Positions 32,415 to 43,030 of a stretch of DNA of 64,000 nt are shown here, in pieces. Position 1 is the first letter of the stretch; each line of letters starts with the position of its first letter. A program made the translations under genes and the position numbers. The notes beneath the pieces are model-generated. The model ran no database searches. It saw only the letters and a list, made by a program, of their open reading frames with translations, and was not told the DNA's origin. Origin of the DNA: an uncultured Chloroflexia bacterium (GTDB lineage: Bacteria > Chloroflexota > Dehalococcoidia > UBA2979); contig CAVSIV010000006.1 of assembly GCA_963728205.1 (NCBI GenBank), positions 1,152,001-1,216,000 on the forward strand, given 5' to 3'.

Positions 32415-32921
32415 TCAGCCCCCGAACGGGCCGCCGGCCGATGGCGGGCGCGGCGCATGTGGCGCGTGGTCGGTGAGATCGAACGTCATTCGGACGCGCG
32501 CGTCGCGGGCCGCGCCCCAGTCGCACATCGCCGCGAGCTCGCGCAGGCGCGGCGCCAGGTGCTCGTAGCCGGCGACCAGCGGCGCGAGCGTCGAGTCCGG
32601 CTGCTCCCACGCCTCCGCGACGGCGCGCGCGCAGGCGGCGAGCTCCACGGCAGGCTGCCATGACCGCTCGAGCTCGAGCTGGTCGGCGCGGCTCTCGACG
32701 TGTCGGTCCGCGTAGCGCAGCAGCGGCTTCGGGTCGACGCCGAGCTTCGTGCGCAGGTAGGTCGCGGCCTGCGACAGCTCGTGTTGGCCGCCGTACTGCG
32801 CGCTGAACGCCCACGACGCGAAGAAGAGCACGACCGTCGGATCGTCCTGGAACGCGAACGGGCACGGCTCGTCGGTCTCGAACTCGACGAAGAAGCGCTG
32901 GCCGGGCGCCGGCGACGTCAT
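32415..32921 (-). CDS. Hypothetical protein, translationally coupled to the LLM gene
   Basis: Protein-like composition; ATGA overlap at 32918-32921. Confidence 0.65.
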   Translation of the reverse strand: MTSPAPGQRFFVEFETDEPCPFAFQDDPTVVLFFASWAFSAQYGGQHELSQAATYLRTKLGVDPKPLLRYADRHVESRADQLELERSWQPAVELAACARAVAEAWEQPDSTLAPLVAGYEHLAPRLRELAAMCDWGAARDARVRMTFDLTDHAPHAPRPPSAGGPFGG

Positions 32922-33793
32922 CGCGCGGCGGGCGCGCCGAGTGCTTCAGCGAAGCGGACAATCGCGTCGAGGTGCTGGCGCGGCGAGGTGTAGCCGACGT
33001 TCGACGTGAAGAGTGCGACGTGCGTCGCGCCGGCGGCCTCGTGCTGGCGCGCGACCTCGACGTCGCGCGCCACCTCGCCGGTGCTGCGCACGGAGCACTG
33101 CAGGCCGAGCGCGGCGGGGTCGCGGCCGGCCGCCTCGGCGGCGGCGCGGACGTCGCGCATCAGCGGTGCGACGTCGCCGGGCTCGACGCCGAGCGGGAAC
33201 CACCCGTCGCCGAGCCGGCCGACGCGCCGCAGTGCGCGCGGGTCGCGGCCGCCCATCCAGATCGGAACGTCGCGTCGCGGCGGCAGCGGGTTGATGCCGG
33301 CGCGGTCGACGTGCTCCCAGCGGCCGTCGAACGTCACAACCGGCTTGGCCCACAGCGCGCGCAGCAGCGCGATCTGCTCGTCCATGCGTCGGCCGCGATC
33401 GTGGAAGTCCTTGCCGAGCGCGTCGTACTCGACGGGGTTCCAGCCGGTGCCGACGCCGAGCACGAGCCGCCCGGCGCACAGCACGTCGAGTTGCGCGGCC
33501 TGCTTCGCGACGAGCACCGTCTGCCGCTGCGGGAGGATGAGGATGCCGGTCATCAGCTCAATCCGCTCGGTCACGGCGGCCAGGTAGCCGAAGGTGGGGA
33601 AGGGCTCGGGCCATTCGTGCTCGTGCGTGTACGGGCCCTGCCAGCCGCCGGGCCGGTCCGGGTCCGCTCCGAGGACGTGCTCGCCCATCGCGAGCCGAGC
33701 GTAGCCCGCGCCCTCAGCCGTCTGCGCGTACTCGCGCAGCACGGCGGGATCGGAGCCCAGCTCGTAGGAGGGGTAGAAGGCGGTCAGCTGCAT
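32918..33793 (-). CDS. LLM-class (probably F420-dependent) oxidoreductase
   Basis: GEHVLG, PQRQTVLVAKQAA.LD, GRL.LGVG.GW, PIWMGG, GDGW. Confidence 0.88.
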   Translation of the reverse strand: MQLTAFYPSYELGSDPAVLREYAQTAEGAGYARLAMGEHVLGADPDRPGGWQGPYTHEHEWPEPFPTFGYLAAVTERIELMTGILILPQRQTVLVAKQAAQLDVLCAGRLVLGVGTGWNPVEYDALGKDFHDRGRRMDEQIALLRALWAKPVVTFDGRWEHVDRAGINPLPPRRDVPIWMGGRDPRALRRVGRLGDGWFPLGVEPGDVAPLMRDVRAAAEAAGRDPAALGLQCSVRSTGEVARDVEVARQHEAAGATHVALFTSNVGYTSPRQHLDAIVRFAEALGAPAAR

Positions 33794-33811
33794 GGCGATC
33801 TCCGGGAGGCT

Positions 33812-33894
33812 CGTGGTTCGACTGCGCTCACCACGAACGGTGGCGTGAGGAGGCCGCGCGCGTCTCCGTTCGTGGTGAGCGTAGTCGAACCACG
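33812..33894. repeat. 29-bp inverted repeat (REP-like palindromic unit)
   Basis: CGTGGTTCGACTGCGCTCACCACGAACGG (33812-33840) and CCGTTCGTGGTGAGCGTAGTCGAACCACG (33866-33894) are 28/29 complementary, with a 25-nt loop. Confidence 0.85.
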
Positions 33895-33909
33895 GACAGG
33901 CACGGCGCG

Positions 33910-35863
<1,954 letters not shown>

Positions 35864-36324
35864 GCGGCCTCACTCACGTACGTGCCCGTGTCGTTTCCGA
35901 GTGTCGCCCGCGCGCGACGCTCGCGCCATGCCCCGGACGGGCGTTCGCGACGGCCGAAGCCGCGTGCGGACGACCCCACCCGCTCGGCCCGGTGCGGGGA
36001 AGTGTTCGGTGCCTCGATCGGGGAGATCCAGGTTCGCGGTCGGGCGAAACGCCGGGCGACGCATGCGCTGCGCGACTCGTCCGAACACGTTCACATGATA
36101 CCACAGGAGCCGGGCCCAGGCACGAATTTCGCGGAAGGCACGGCGCGATGATCATCGCTCTGGGGCGACGACTGACAGGTGATGGCCCGGAGCGTGGGGT
36201 CGCGACGGACGCATCGCTCGAATACTCGCGGTTTCGCCAGCATGCTCTTGTTATTGGCTCGGCGAGTTCGCGCGCGGCGGCGCGCGGCCGCGCGGCGGGG
36301 GGCTCGTGCCTAGAATGGCGCCCC

Positions 36325-36777
36325 ATGGGTGAGCCTCCCTCCGCGATCACGATGGTGCCGATCGGCACGGTCGCCGGCGCCGGCGACGACGTCGCGCGCG
36401 TCGACTGGTCTCGCGCGCGCAGCGAGGTGCGGCTGCGCGACGGCCTCGGCGCGGCCCTGCTGGGCCTGGCCGACTACTCGCACGTGATCGTGATCGGATG
36501 GCTCGACCGCATCCCGGAGGAGCTGCGCGAGCGCACCCGCGCCTACCCCGGCGGCGACGACCGCTATCCGCTCCAGGGCGCCCTCGCGCTGCGCGGCGGC
36601 GCGCGGCCGAATCCCGTCTCGGTGACCGTCTGCCGGCTGCTCGGCATCGACGGCGACACGCTGCGGCTCGAGGGGCTCGACCTCATCGACGGCACGCCCG
36701 TGCTCGACGTGAAGCCGTACATCGCGCACTACGACGCCGCGCCGAAGGCGACGCTGCCGAAGTGGGCGCGCGGGTGA
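36325..36777 (+). CDS. TrmO/TsaA (YaeB)-family tRNA methyltransferase-like protein
   Basis: GLADYSHVIVI, RPNPV, GLDLIDGTPVLDVKPY. Confidence 0.82.
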   Translation: MGEPPSAITMVPIGTVAGAGDDVARVDWSRARSEVRLRDGLGAALLGLADYSHVIVIGWLDRIPEELRERTRAYPGGDDRYPLQGALALRGGARPNPVSVTVCRLLGIDGDTLRLEGLDLIDGTPVLDVKPYIAHYDAAPKATLPKWARG

Positions 36778-37604
36778 GTCCGCGCCGCGAGCCCGGCGGG
36801 CGTCTCCAGCCGGGACCGACCGGTCGCGAGGACCGCGCACCGTCGCCGGCGCGCCGCCCGCCGACGCGCGCGCAGCTCGACGCCGTCTACCGTGCGCTGC
36901 TGTCGGCGTACGGCGAGCAGCAGTGGTGGCCCACCGCGAGCGACGACGACGAGACGCAGCGGCTGGAGATCTGCCTCGGCGCGATCCTCACGCAAAACAC
37001 CTCGTGGCGCGGCGCTGCCGCCGCGCTCGAGCGGCTGCACGCTGCGAACGCCGTCTCCTGCGGCGCGCTGCTCGACCTGCCGCCCGACGTGCTCGGCGAC
37101 CTGGTGCGCCCGTCCGGTCACTTCCGCGTGAAGGCACGCAAGCTCCAGGAGTTCTCGCGCGTCGTGGTCGAGGAGCACGGCGGCTCCGTGGACGCGCTGC
37201 TCGACGCCGGCCCCGACGGCGACGTGGACGCCGTCCGCGCGCGTTTGCTCGACATCTGGGGCGTGGGACCGGAGACCGCCGACGCGATCACGCTCTACGC
37301 CGCGCGCCTGCCGACGTTCGTCGTCGATGCGTATTCGTACCGCCTCTTCGAGCGGCTCGACCTCGCGCCGGGTGAACGCAGGTACGACGTCTACCGCGAG
37401 TTCCTGCTCGACCGCATCGGGCCGGACGTGTGGCGGCTCAACGAGTGGCACGCGCTGATCGTCCGGCACGGCCAGCACACCTGTCGACGGTCGGAGCCGC
37501 GCTGCGACGAGTGCGTGCTGCTCGCGCGCTGCCCGTTCGGCCGGCGTGAGACCGGGCTGCCGGCGCGCGGCGCGCGAGCGGCCGCCGGTGGGCGCCCGGC
37601 ATGA
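36774..37604 (+). CDS. Endonuclease III-like HhH-GPD DNA glycosylase
   Basis: WWP, GAILTQNTSW, GVGPETAD, FVVDAY, C-x6-C-x2-C-x5-C Fe-S motif. Confidence 0.88.
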   Translation: MSPRREPGGRLQPGPTGREDRAPSPARRPPTRAQLDAVYRALLSAYGEQQWWPTASDDDETQRLEICLGAILTQNTSWRGAAAALERLHAANAVSCGALLDLPPDVLGDLVRPSGHFRVKARKLQEFSRVVVEEHGGSVDALLDAGPDGDVDAVRARLLDIWGVGPETADAITLYAARLPTFVVDAYSYRLFERLDLAPGERRYDVYREFLLDRIGPDVWRLNEWHALIVRHGQHTCRRSEPRCDECVLLARCPFGRRETGLPARGARAAAGGRPA

Positions 37605-37806
37605 ACCCTCGCTCCGCGCTCCGCGCTCCGCGCTCGGCTTCTGGCCGGCGGCCGGCGTGGGATGCGGGACGGGGCTGCTGCGGCCGTAGATGGGGGCGGC
37701 GGATTCGTCGTCGGCGCGCGCCTCGGGTGGGCCGTCGACGTGGCGCTGCGCTGGGGCCGGGGCAGCGGGGGGAGCGGGGGCGACGACGACGAGTGAGGAG
37801 GCGAGC

Positions 37807-38205
37807 GTGGCGACCACGACCACCGAGCAGCTGCAGGCGGGCATGCCGTTTGCGCGCGTGCTGGGCATTGAGCTCATCGCAGCGACGGCGGACGAGGTGC
37901 GCGGCCGGATGCCGTGGACGGCCGACCACTGCACGGCCGGCGGCGTGCTGCACGGCGGCGCGCTGGTCGCCTTCGCCGACAGCGTCGGCGCGGTGTGCGC
38001 GGGGCTGAACGCCGCGGGTGGGATGAGCGGCACGGTCGAGCTCAAGGTGAACTATTTGCGACCGATTGCCGCCGGCTGGGTGGCGTCGGTGACGCGCCCC
38101 GTGCACGTCGGCGGGTCGACGGTCGTCGTGCAGACGGAGCTGTTCGACGAGAGTGGACGCCGCGCCGCGCTCGTCACGCAGACACACATGCGCACCGGGC
38201 GGTGA
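37807..38205 (+). CDS. PaaI-family hotdog thioesterase
   Basis: PFARVLGI, VLHGG...FAD, TVELKVNYLRP; GAGGAGG RBS. Confidence 0.88.
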   Translation: MATTTTEQLQAGMPFARVLGIELIAATADEVRGRMPWTADHCTAGGVLHGGALVAFADSVGAVCAGLNAAGGMSGTVELKVNYLRPIAAGWVASVTRPVHVGGSTVVVQTELFDESGRRAALVTQTHMRTGR

Positions 38206-38260
38206 CGGCACCCGTTCGAAACTTGCCGCCGCCACCGGCCGACCCGACACTGGCGGTCTC

Positions 38261-39352
38261 ATGGAACTCGGCATCATCGGCCTCGCGCGCAGCGGCAAGA
38301 CCTCCCTGTTCAACGCGGTGACGCGCGGGCAGGCGCAGGTCGGCGCCTATTCGTCGCGGAACGAGCCCAACGTCGGCGTGGTGCACGTGCCCGACGAGCG
38401 CGTCGACGCCCTTGCGCGCCTCTACCAGCCGAAGAAGACCACCTACGCCGAGATCCGCTGGGTCGACTTCCCCGTCGCGGGCTTCGGCCCCGAAGGCCCC
38501 GGTGCGGCGTTCATCGCGGACCTGGGCAAGCTGGACGCGCTCGTCCACGTCGTGCGCGCGTTCGAGGACGAGTCGGTGCCGCACGAGGAGGGCAGCGTCG
38601 ACCCGGATCGCGACCTCGAGGCGCTGGAGCTGGAGCTGACGTTCGCGGACCTCGCGCTGATCGAGCGGCGGCTCGGGCGGCTCGAGGCGGAGATGCGGTC
38701 GGTGAAGGCCAGCGAGCGCGGCGCGCTGGAGCGCCAGCGCGAGCTCATGCAGCGGCTGCAGGCGCACCTCGAGAGCGGGCAGGGGCTGCGCTCGCTCGCG
38801 CTCGACGAGAACGACGAGAAGGAGATCCGCAACTACGCCTTCGTGACGCGGCGGCCGGAGCTGATCGTCGTGAACATCGGCGAGGGCGAGCTGGCGCGCG
38901 CGGCGGAGATCGCGGCGGCGTTCGCGGAGCGACATGGCGGCCCCCAGGTCGTCGTCACCGCGCTGTGCGCGAAGCTCGAGGCGGAGCTCGCGCAGATGGA
39001 GCCGGCCGAGGCCGTCGAGTTCCGCGCGGACCTGGGGCTGCCGCCGGAGTCGCCGCTCGACCGCGCGATCCAGGCGGCGTACGAGCTGCTCGGCGTGCAC
39101 TCGTTCCTCACGGCCGGCGAGGACGAGTGCCGCGCGTGGACCGTCCGCCAGGGCGCGACCGCGCCCGAGGCCGCGGGCAAGATCCACAGCGACCTGGAGC
39201 GCGGGTTCATCCGCGCCGAGGTGGTGCCGTGGTCCGACCTCGTGGCGGCCGGATCGCTCGCCGAGGTGAAGCGGCGCGGCCAGCTGCGCACCGAGGGCAA
39301 GGGCTACGTCGTCCAGGACGGCGACGTCCTGAACATCCTCTTCAACGTTTGA
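38261..39352 (+). CDS. ychF: YchF/Obg-family ATPase
   Basis: GIIGL..SGKT, VPDERV, HVVRAF, AAGKIHSDLERGFIRAEV, EGKGYVVQDGD. Confidence 0.9.
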   Translation: MELGIIGLARSGKTSLFNAVTRGQAQVGAYSSRNEPNVGVVHVPDERVDALARLYQPKKTTYAEIRWVDFPVAGFGPEGPGAAFIADLGKLDALVHVVRAFEDESVPHEEGSVDPDRDLEALELELTFADLALIERRLGRLEAEMRSVKASERGALERQRELMQRLQAHLESGQGLRSLALDENDEKEIRNYAFVTRRPELIVVNIGEGELARAAEIAAAFAERHGGPQVVVTALCAKLEAELAQMEPAEAVEFRADLGLPPESPLDRAIQAAYELLGVHSFLTAGEDECRAWTVRQGATAPEAAGKIHSDLERGFIRAEVVPWSDLVAAGSLAEVKRRGQLRTEGKGYVVQDGDVLNILFNV

Positions 39353-39365
39353 CCCGCTCCGAGCG

Positions 39366-39773
39366 ATGACCCCTCGCCTCGTGCTCTCCGTCGCCGGCGC
39401 GATCGTGGTGCTGCTGGCGGCGCTCGCGCTGCTCGCCCTCCTCGCGCGACGCGATCCTGCGGTGCGCGCGCTGATCGGCGACGTGAAGCCGCTGCGGCCG
39501 CGCGAGCAGTGGCGGCTCGGCGTGGCCCTCGCGCGCGATCGTCGCGTGCCGCTCCGCGCACGCCTGCTGCCGGTGGTGCTGGTCGCCTACCTGCTCATGC
39601 CCTTCGACCTGATCCCCGACTTCATCCCGATCCTCGGCCAGCTCGACGACCTTCTCGTCCTGATCCTCACCGCGTGGCTGATCGCGCGGCTGGTGCCGGC
39701 CGCGGTGATCGCCGAGCATCGCGCCGCCATCCTCGCGCGGCGTCCGCCCACGCCCGAAGCGCGAGACCGATAG
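39366..39773 (+). CDS. DUF1232 (YkvA) membrane protein
   Basis: YLLMPFDLIPDFIPILGQLDD signature. Confidence 0.88.
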   Translation: MTPRLVLSVAGAIVVLLAALALLALLARRDPAVRALIGDVKPLRPREQWRLGVALARDRRVPLRARLLPVVLVAYLLMPFDLIPDFIPILGQLDDLLVLILTAWLIARLVPAAVIAEHRAAILARRPPTPEARDR

Positions 39774-39782
39774 AATCGCGAC

Positions 39783-40640
39783 GTGGCAGACACGAACCCG
39801 GTCGCGATCATCCAGGCTATCGAGGACGCGCTCGACGGCGCGGCCGCCGTCGTCGTCGCGACCGTGACGGACGCCGGCACGCTCGCGGGCGCGGTCGCCG
39901 GCGAGAAGCTGCTCGTGCGGGCGGATGGCGACGTGGTCGGCGGATTTGCCAGCGACGCGCTGCGCGACGTCGTCGTCGAGGCCGCGCGCGAGATGTTCGA
40001 CGCGTTCCCGCGCGTCGGCGTCGAGGTGCTGTACTGCGGTCCCGACGGCCAGGCCGTGACGCGCCGGCACCAGGCGCGGCCGGGCGACGCGCGCGTGATG
40101 CTGCAGCTCTTCGAGGCGCCGTCGCGGCTGATCGTCGTCGGCGGCGGGCATGTTGGGCTGGCGGTCGCGGAGCTGGGCGAGACGCTCGGGTTCGGCGTCA
40201 CGGTGGTCGACGACCGCGAAGAGTTTGCGAACGTCGACCGCTTCCCGATGGCCGAGCGCGTGTGCTGCGGGGAGATCGACGTCGAGCTGGACGGCCTGCG
40301 CATCGACCGCAGCACCTATGTCGTGCTGGTGTCGCGCGGCCACAGGCAGGACGAGATCGCGCTGCGCCACGTCGTGGGGCGGGGGGCGGCGTACGTCGGC
40401 ATGATCGGGAGCAAGCGGCGCACGGCGACGGTGCTCGAGCACCTGATGAGCGAGGGGTTCGCGCGCGACGACCTCGAGCCCGTGGCGACGCCGATCGGGC
40501 TGGACATCGGTGCGGAGACGCCGGCCGAGATTGCCGTTTCGATCCTCGCGGAGATCACCCTCGTGCGGCGCGGCGGGACCGGGCGGCGGATGTCCGAGAG
40601 CAGACCGACGCTGCGCGACTCGACTGCGCCGCCGGCATAG
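39783..40640 (+). CDS. XdhC-family Moco chaperone, Rossmann-containing part
   Basis: VGGGHVG, VVDDREEF, RGH..D, YVGMIGS, PIGLDIGAETPAEIAVSI. Confidence 0.88.
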   Translation: MADTNPVAIIQAIEDALDGAAAVVVATVTDAGTLAGAVAGEKLLVRADGDVVGGFASDALRDVVVEAAREMFDAFPRVGVEVLYCGPDGQAVTRRHQARPGDARVMLQLFEAPSRLIVVGGGHVGLAVAELGETLGFGVTVVDDREEFANVDRFPMAERVCCGEIDVELDGLRIDRSTYVVLVSRGHRQDEIALRHVVGRGAAYVGMIGSKRRTATVLEHLMSEGFARDDLEPVATPIGLDIGAETPAEIAVSILAEITLVRRGGTGRRMSESRPTLRDSTAPPA

Positions 40641-40755
40641 ACCGGGCGCGCGCGCGGATGTGATACGCTGGGGAAGTCACGCCACGTGAGGGCCGACGCG
40701 GGGCGCTACACCGCGGTCCATGCGACCGCCACCAAAGCAGCCAGTTCCCTCTGGG

Positions 40756-40792
40756 GCATGGGGGCCGACGCGCATCGGCCCTCATGCTTTTT
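40756..40792 (+). terminator. Intrinsic terminator
   Basis: GCATGGGGGCCGA-cgcgca-TCGGCCCTCATGC (13 bp, one G-U) followed by TTTTT. Confidence 0.75.
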
Positions 40793-40965
40793 CTGCCCCT
40801 CGCGCGGCCCGGTGGCGGTCGCGGGTGCTTTTGCCGAGTGATACGTCCGGCGCGCGCCCGCGGATTCATCGATCGCGACCGCGCTCGGCGAAAACTTCAC
40901 GCCTATACTGTCGGCGAACGCAGGCACCGGCCGGCCACGCCCGGCCGCGGGAACCGGATCGGCTC

Positions 40966-41280
40966 ATGGATCGAGAACTCTTCCGAGAAATCCGCGAGGC
41001 CGCCGAGCGCGGCGAGTCGCGGGTGCTCGCGACGATCGCCACCACGCGCGGGTCGACGCCGCGCAAGCCCGGCGCGTCGATGCTGCTGCGGCCCGACGGC
41101 ACGTTCGTCGGCACCATCGGCGGCGGGTGCGGCGAGGCCGAGGTCTGGCAGGAGGCGATGGAGACGATGGCCGACGGCCGGCCGCGCACCGTCGTCGTCG
41201 ATCTCACCGAGCCGACCGACGGCGACGACAAGATCTGTGGCGGGATCATGGAGATCTTCGTCGAGCGCATCAACCGCTGA
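40966..41280 (+). CDS. Stand-alone XdhC/CoxI N-terminal domain protein
   Basis: LATI..TRGSTPRKPGASM, GTIGGGCGE, ICGGIMEIFVE. Confidence 0.88.
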   Translation: MDRELFREIREAAERGESRVLATIATTRGSTPRKPGASMLLRPDGTFVGTIGGGCGEAEVWQEAMETMADGRPRTVVVDLTEPTDGDDKICGGIMEIFVERINR

Positions 41281-41393
41281 TCCTGCCGCGTTCGGCATGA
41301 GCCCGGGTCCTCCGGCCGCGCAGAGCGTGCTACGATGCTGGCTCGGCCGCGCGACGCGTTATGGCGGCGCCTCGGGTCGGGAAGGAAAGACGA

Positions 41394-41597
41394 ATGTTCG
41401 GAAGCCTCGGCTGGGAGGAGCTGCTCATCGTCCTGGTCATCATCGCGCTGCTCTTCGGAGCGTCGCGCGTGGCCGACCTCGGCGGCGCCCTCGGCAAGGG
41501 CATCCGCGAGTTCCGCAAGGAAGCGCGCGGCGACGAGCCGAAGAAGGACGAGACCGTCGTGCATTCCTCGGCGGAGGAGCCCAAGAAGGACGCCTAA
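41394..41597 (+). CDS. tatA: Twin-arginine translocase subunit TatA
   Basis: LGWEELLIVLVIIALLFG...LGKGIREFRK. Confidence 0.93.
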   Translation: MFGSLGWEELLIVLVIIALLFGASRVADLGGALGKGIREFRKEARGDEPKKDETVVHSSAEEPKKDA

Positions 41598-41783
41598 TCC
41601 GCCGCCGCGCCGGCGGCCGGACACAGGACGGACGAACGCCTCTCGCATGCGCGGGAGGCGTTTCTCGTGCCCGTCGCCGCTCGGCCGCGCTGTCGCGACG
41701 GGGGCGCGGCGACCCTCTGGTATAGTCCGCGCGCCTCGAGCCGACCCAGCCCGTTCGCACCGACGTTGCCCGGAGGAGTCCGC

Positions 41784-42932
41784 GTGGAGATCGTTGCCGG
41801 CCTGCACCAGCTGAAGACCCCGATGACCGGTCCGGCGCTCCCGTACATGATGCCGTACGTCTTCGAGGAGGCCGATGGGATCGCGCTGTTCGACGCGGGC
41901 TTCGGAACGCCCGAGGCGACGCGCGCGATGCGGGAGCAGCTGGCGGCACTCGGCTACGAGCCGAAGCACATCCGGCGGCTGATCGTGTCGCACGCGCACC
42001 CGGATCACCTCGGCATGGCGCGCTGGGTAAAGGACCAGTCGCCCGACATGGAGCTGGTGATGCTCGGCCGCGAGTGGCAGTGGATCCAGGATCGCTGGCT
42101 GGACAACGAGCACTGGACGCGCCTCTCCGACCGCTGGCTCGTGCGGCACGGGATCCCGCAGACGGAGATCGACGAGGCGCACGCGCAGGCGGCGCTCTCG
42201 CCGACGTCGCCGCGCGTCGTGCCCGGGGCCGCGCCGGCGGCGCGCGCCGCGGTGCCGGCGCGACCCGCCGGTGCGGGCGACGGCGGGGACGGCGAGGACG
42301 AGCTCACGCTCGCGACCGCGGAGGAGGAGGCCGAGGAGCGCGCCGCCGCTCGGCGGTCGCGGTCGATGCCCGGCTTCGACATCGAACCCGACGTGAAGCT
42401 CGAGGACGGCGAGGTCTACGCCTTTGACCGCTGGCGGCTGCAGGCGGTCTGGACGCCGGGGCACACGCCGGGCCACCTTTGCATGTACGAGCCCGTCCAC
42501 CGGCTCATGTTCACCGGCGATCACGTGCTGCCGCACATCAGCCCCAACGTCTCGCTGCATGCCGATCAGGAGGGGACGAGCCCGCTCAGCGACTTCCGCG
42601 ACTCGCTGCGGAAGGTGGCGGCCTTCGACGTCGACCTGGCGCTCCCGGCGCACGAGTTCACGATCCCGGACCTCGCGGGGCGGTGCGCGGTGCTCCTGCA
42701 CCACCACGACGGGCGGCTCGAAGAGGTGCGCGCCGCCATCGGCGACGCACCCGCGACGGCGCGCGAGATCTCGCAGCGCGTGAAGTGGAACACCGGACCG
42801 TTCGACGACTTCAACATCTTCATGAAGCGCAGCGCGGTCGGCGAGACTCTGTCGCACCTGCGGCTGCTGCAGGACGAGGAGCGCGTGCGCCGCGTCGAGG
42901 ACGGGGACGTCGTGCACTGGGTGCAGGCGTAG
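41784..42932 (+). CDS. Metallo-beta-lactamase-fold hydrolase with C-terminal wHTH-like region
   Basis: SHAHPDH, TPGHTPGH, FTGDH, PAH; GGAGGAG RBS. Confidence 0.88.
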   Translation: MEIVAGLHQLKTPMTGPALPYMMPYVFEEADGIALFDAGFGTPEATRAMREQLAALGYEPKHIRRLIVSHAHPDHLGMARWVKDQSPDMELVMLGREWQWIQDRWLDNEHWTRLSDRWLVRHGIPQTEIDEAHAQAALSPTSPRVVPGAAPAARAAVPARPAGAGDGGDGEDELTLATAEEEAEERAAARRSRSMPGFDIEPDVKLEDGEVYAFDRWRLQAVWTPGHTPGHLCMYEPVHRLMFTGDHVLPHISPNVSLHADQEGTSPLSDFRDSLRKVAAFDVDLALPAHEFTIPDLAGRCAVLLHHHDGRLEEVRAAIGDAPATAREISQRVKWNTGPFDDFNIFMKRSAVGETLSHLRLLQDEERVRRVEDGDVVHWVQA

Positions 42933-43030
42933 CGGCGCTGGCTGGCCGCCGGCGCTCGCCGTCCTGCGCTGCCGACCGCAGCCGGCAGTCGCGTTTCCCC
43001 GCGCCCTGCGGGCACGCGACAATTGGTGCC

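Noticed and set aside
36080-36095. GAACACGTTC as a LexA box upstream of gyrB
   Set aside because: Spacing is GAAC-N2-GTTC, not the N4 of Gram-positive/Chloroflexota SOS boxes.
37609-37636. Short heptamer tandem repeat (GCTCCGC)x3
   Set aside because: Too short, no spacers, no cas genes; a simple GC-rich microsatellite, not CRISPR.
40730-40745. AAGCAGC as part of an SRP (4.5S) RNA
   Set aside because: The conserved CAGG...GGAA...AGCAG domain IV arrangement is absent.
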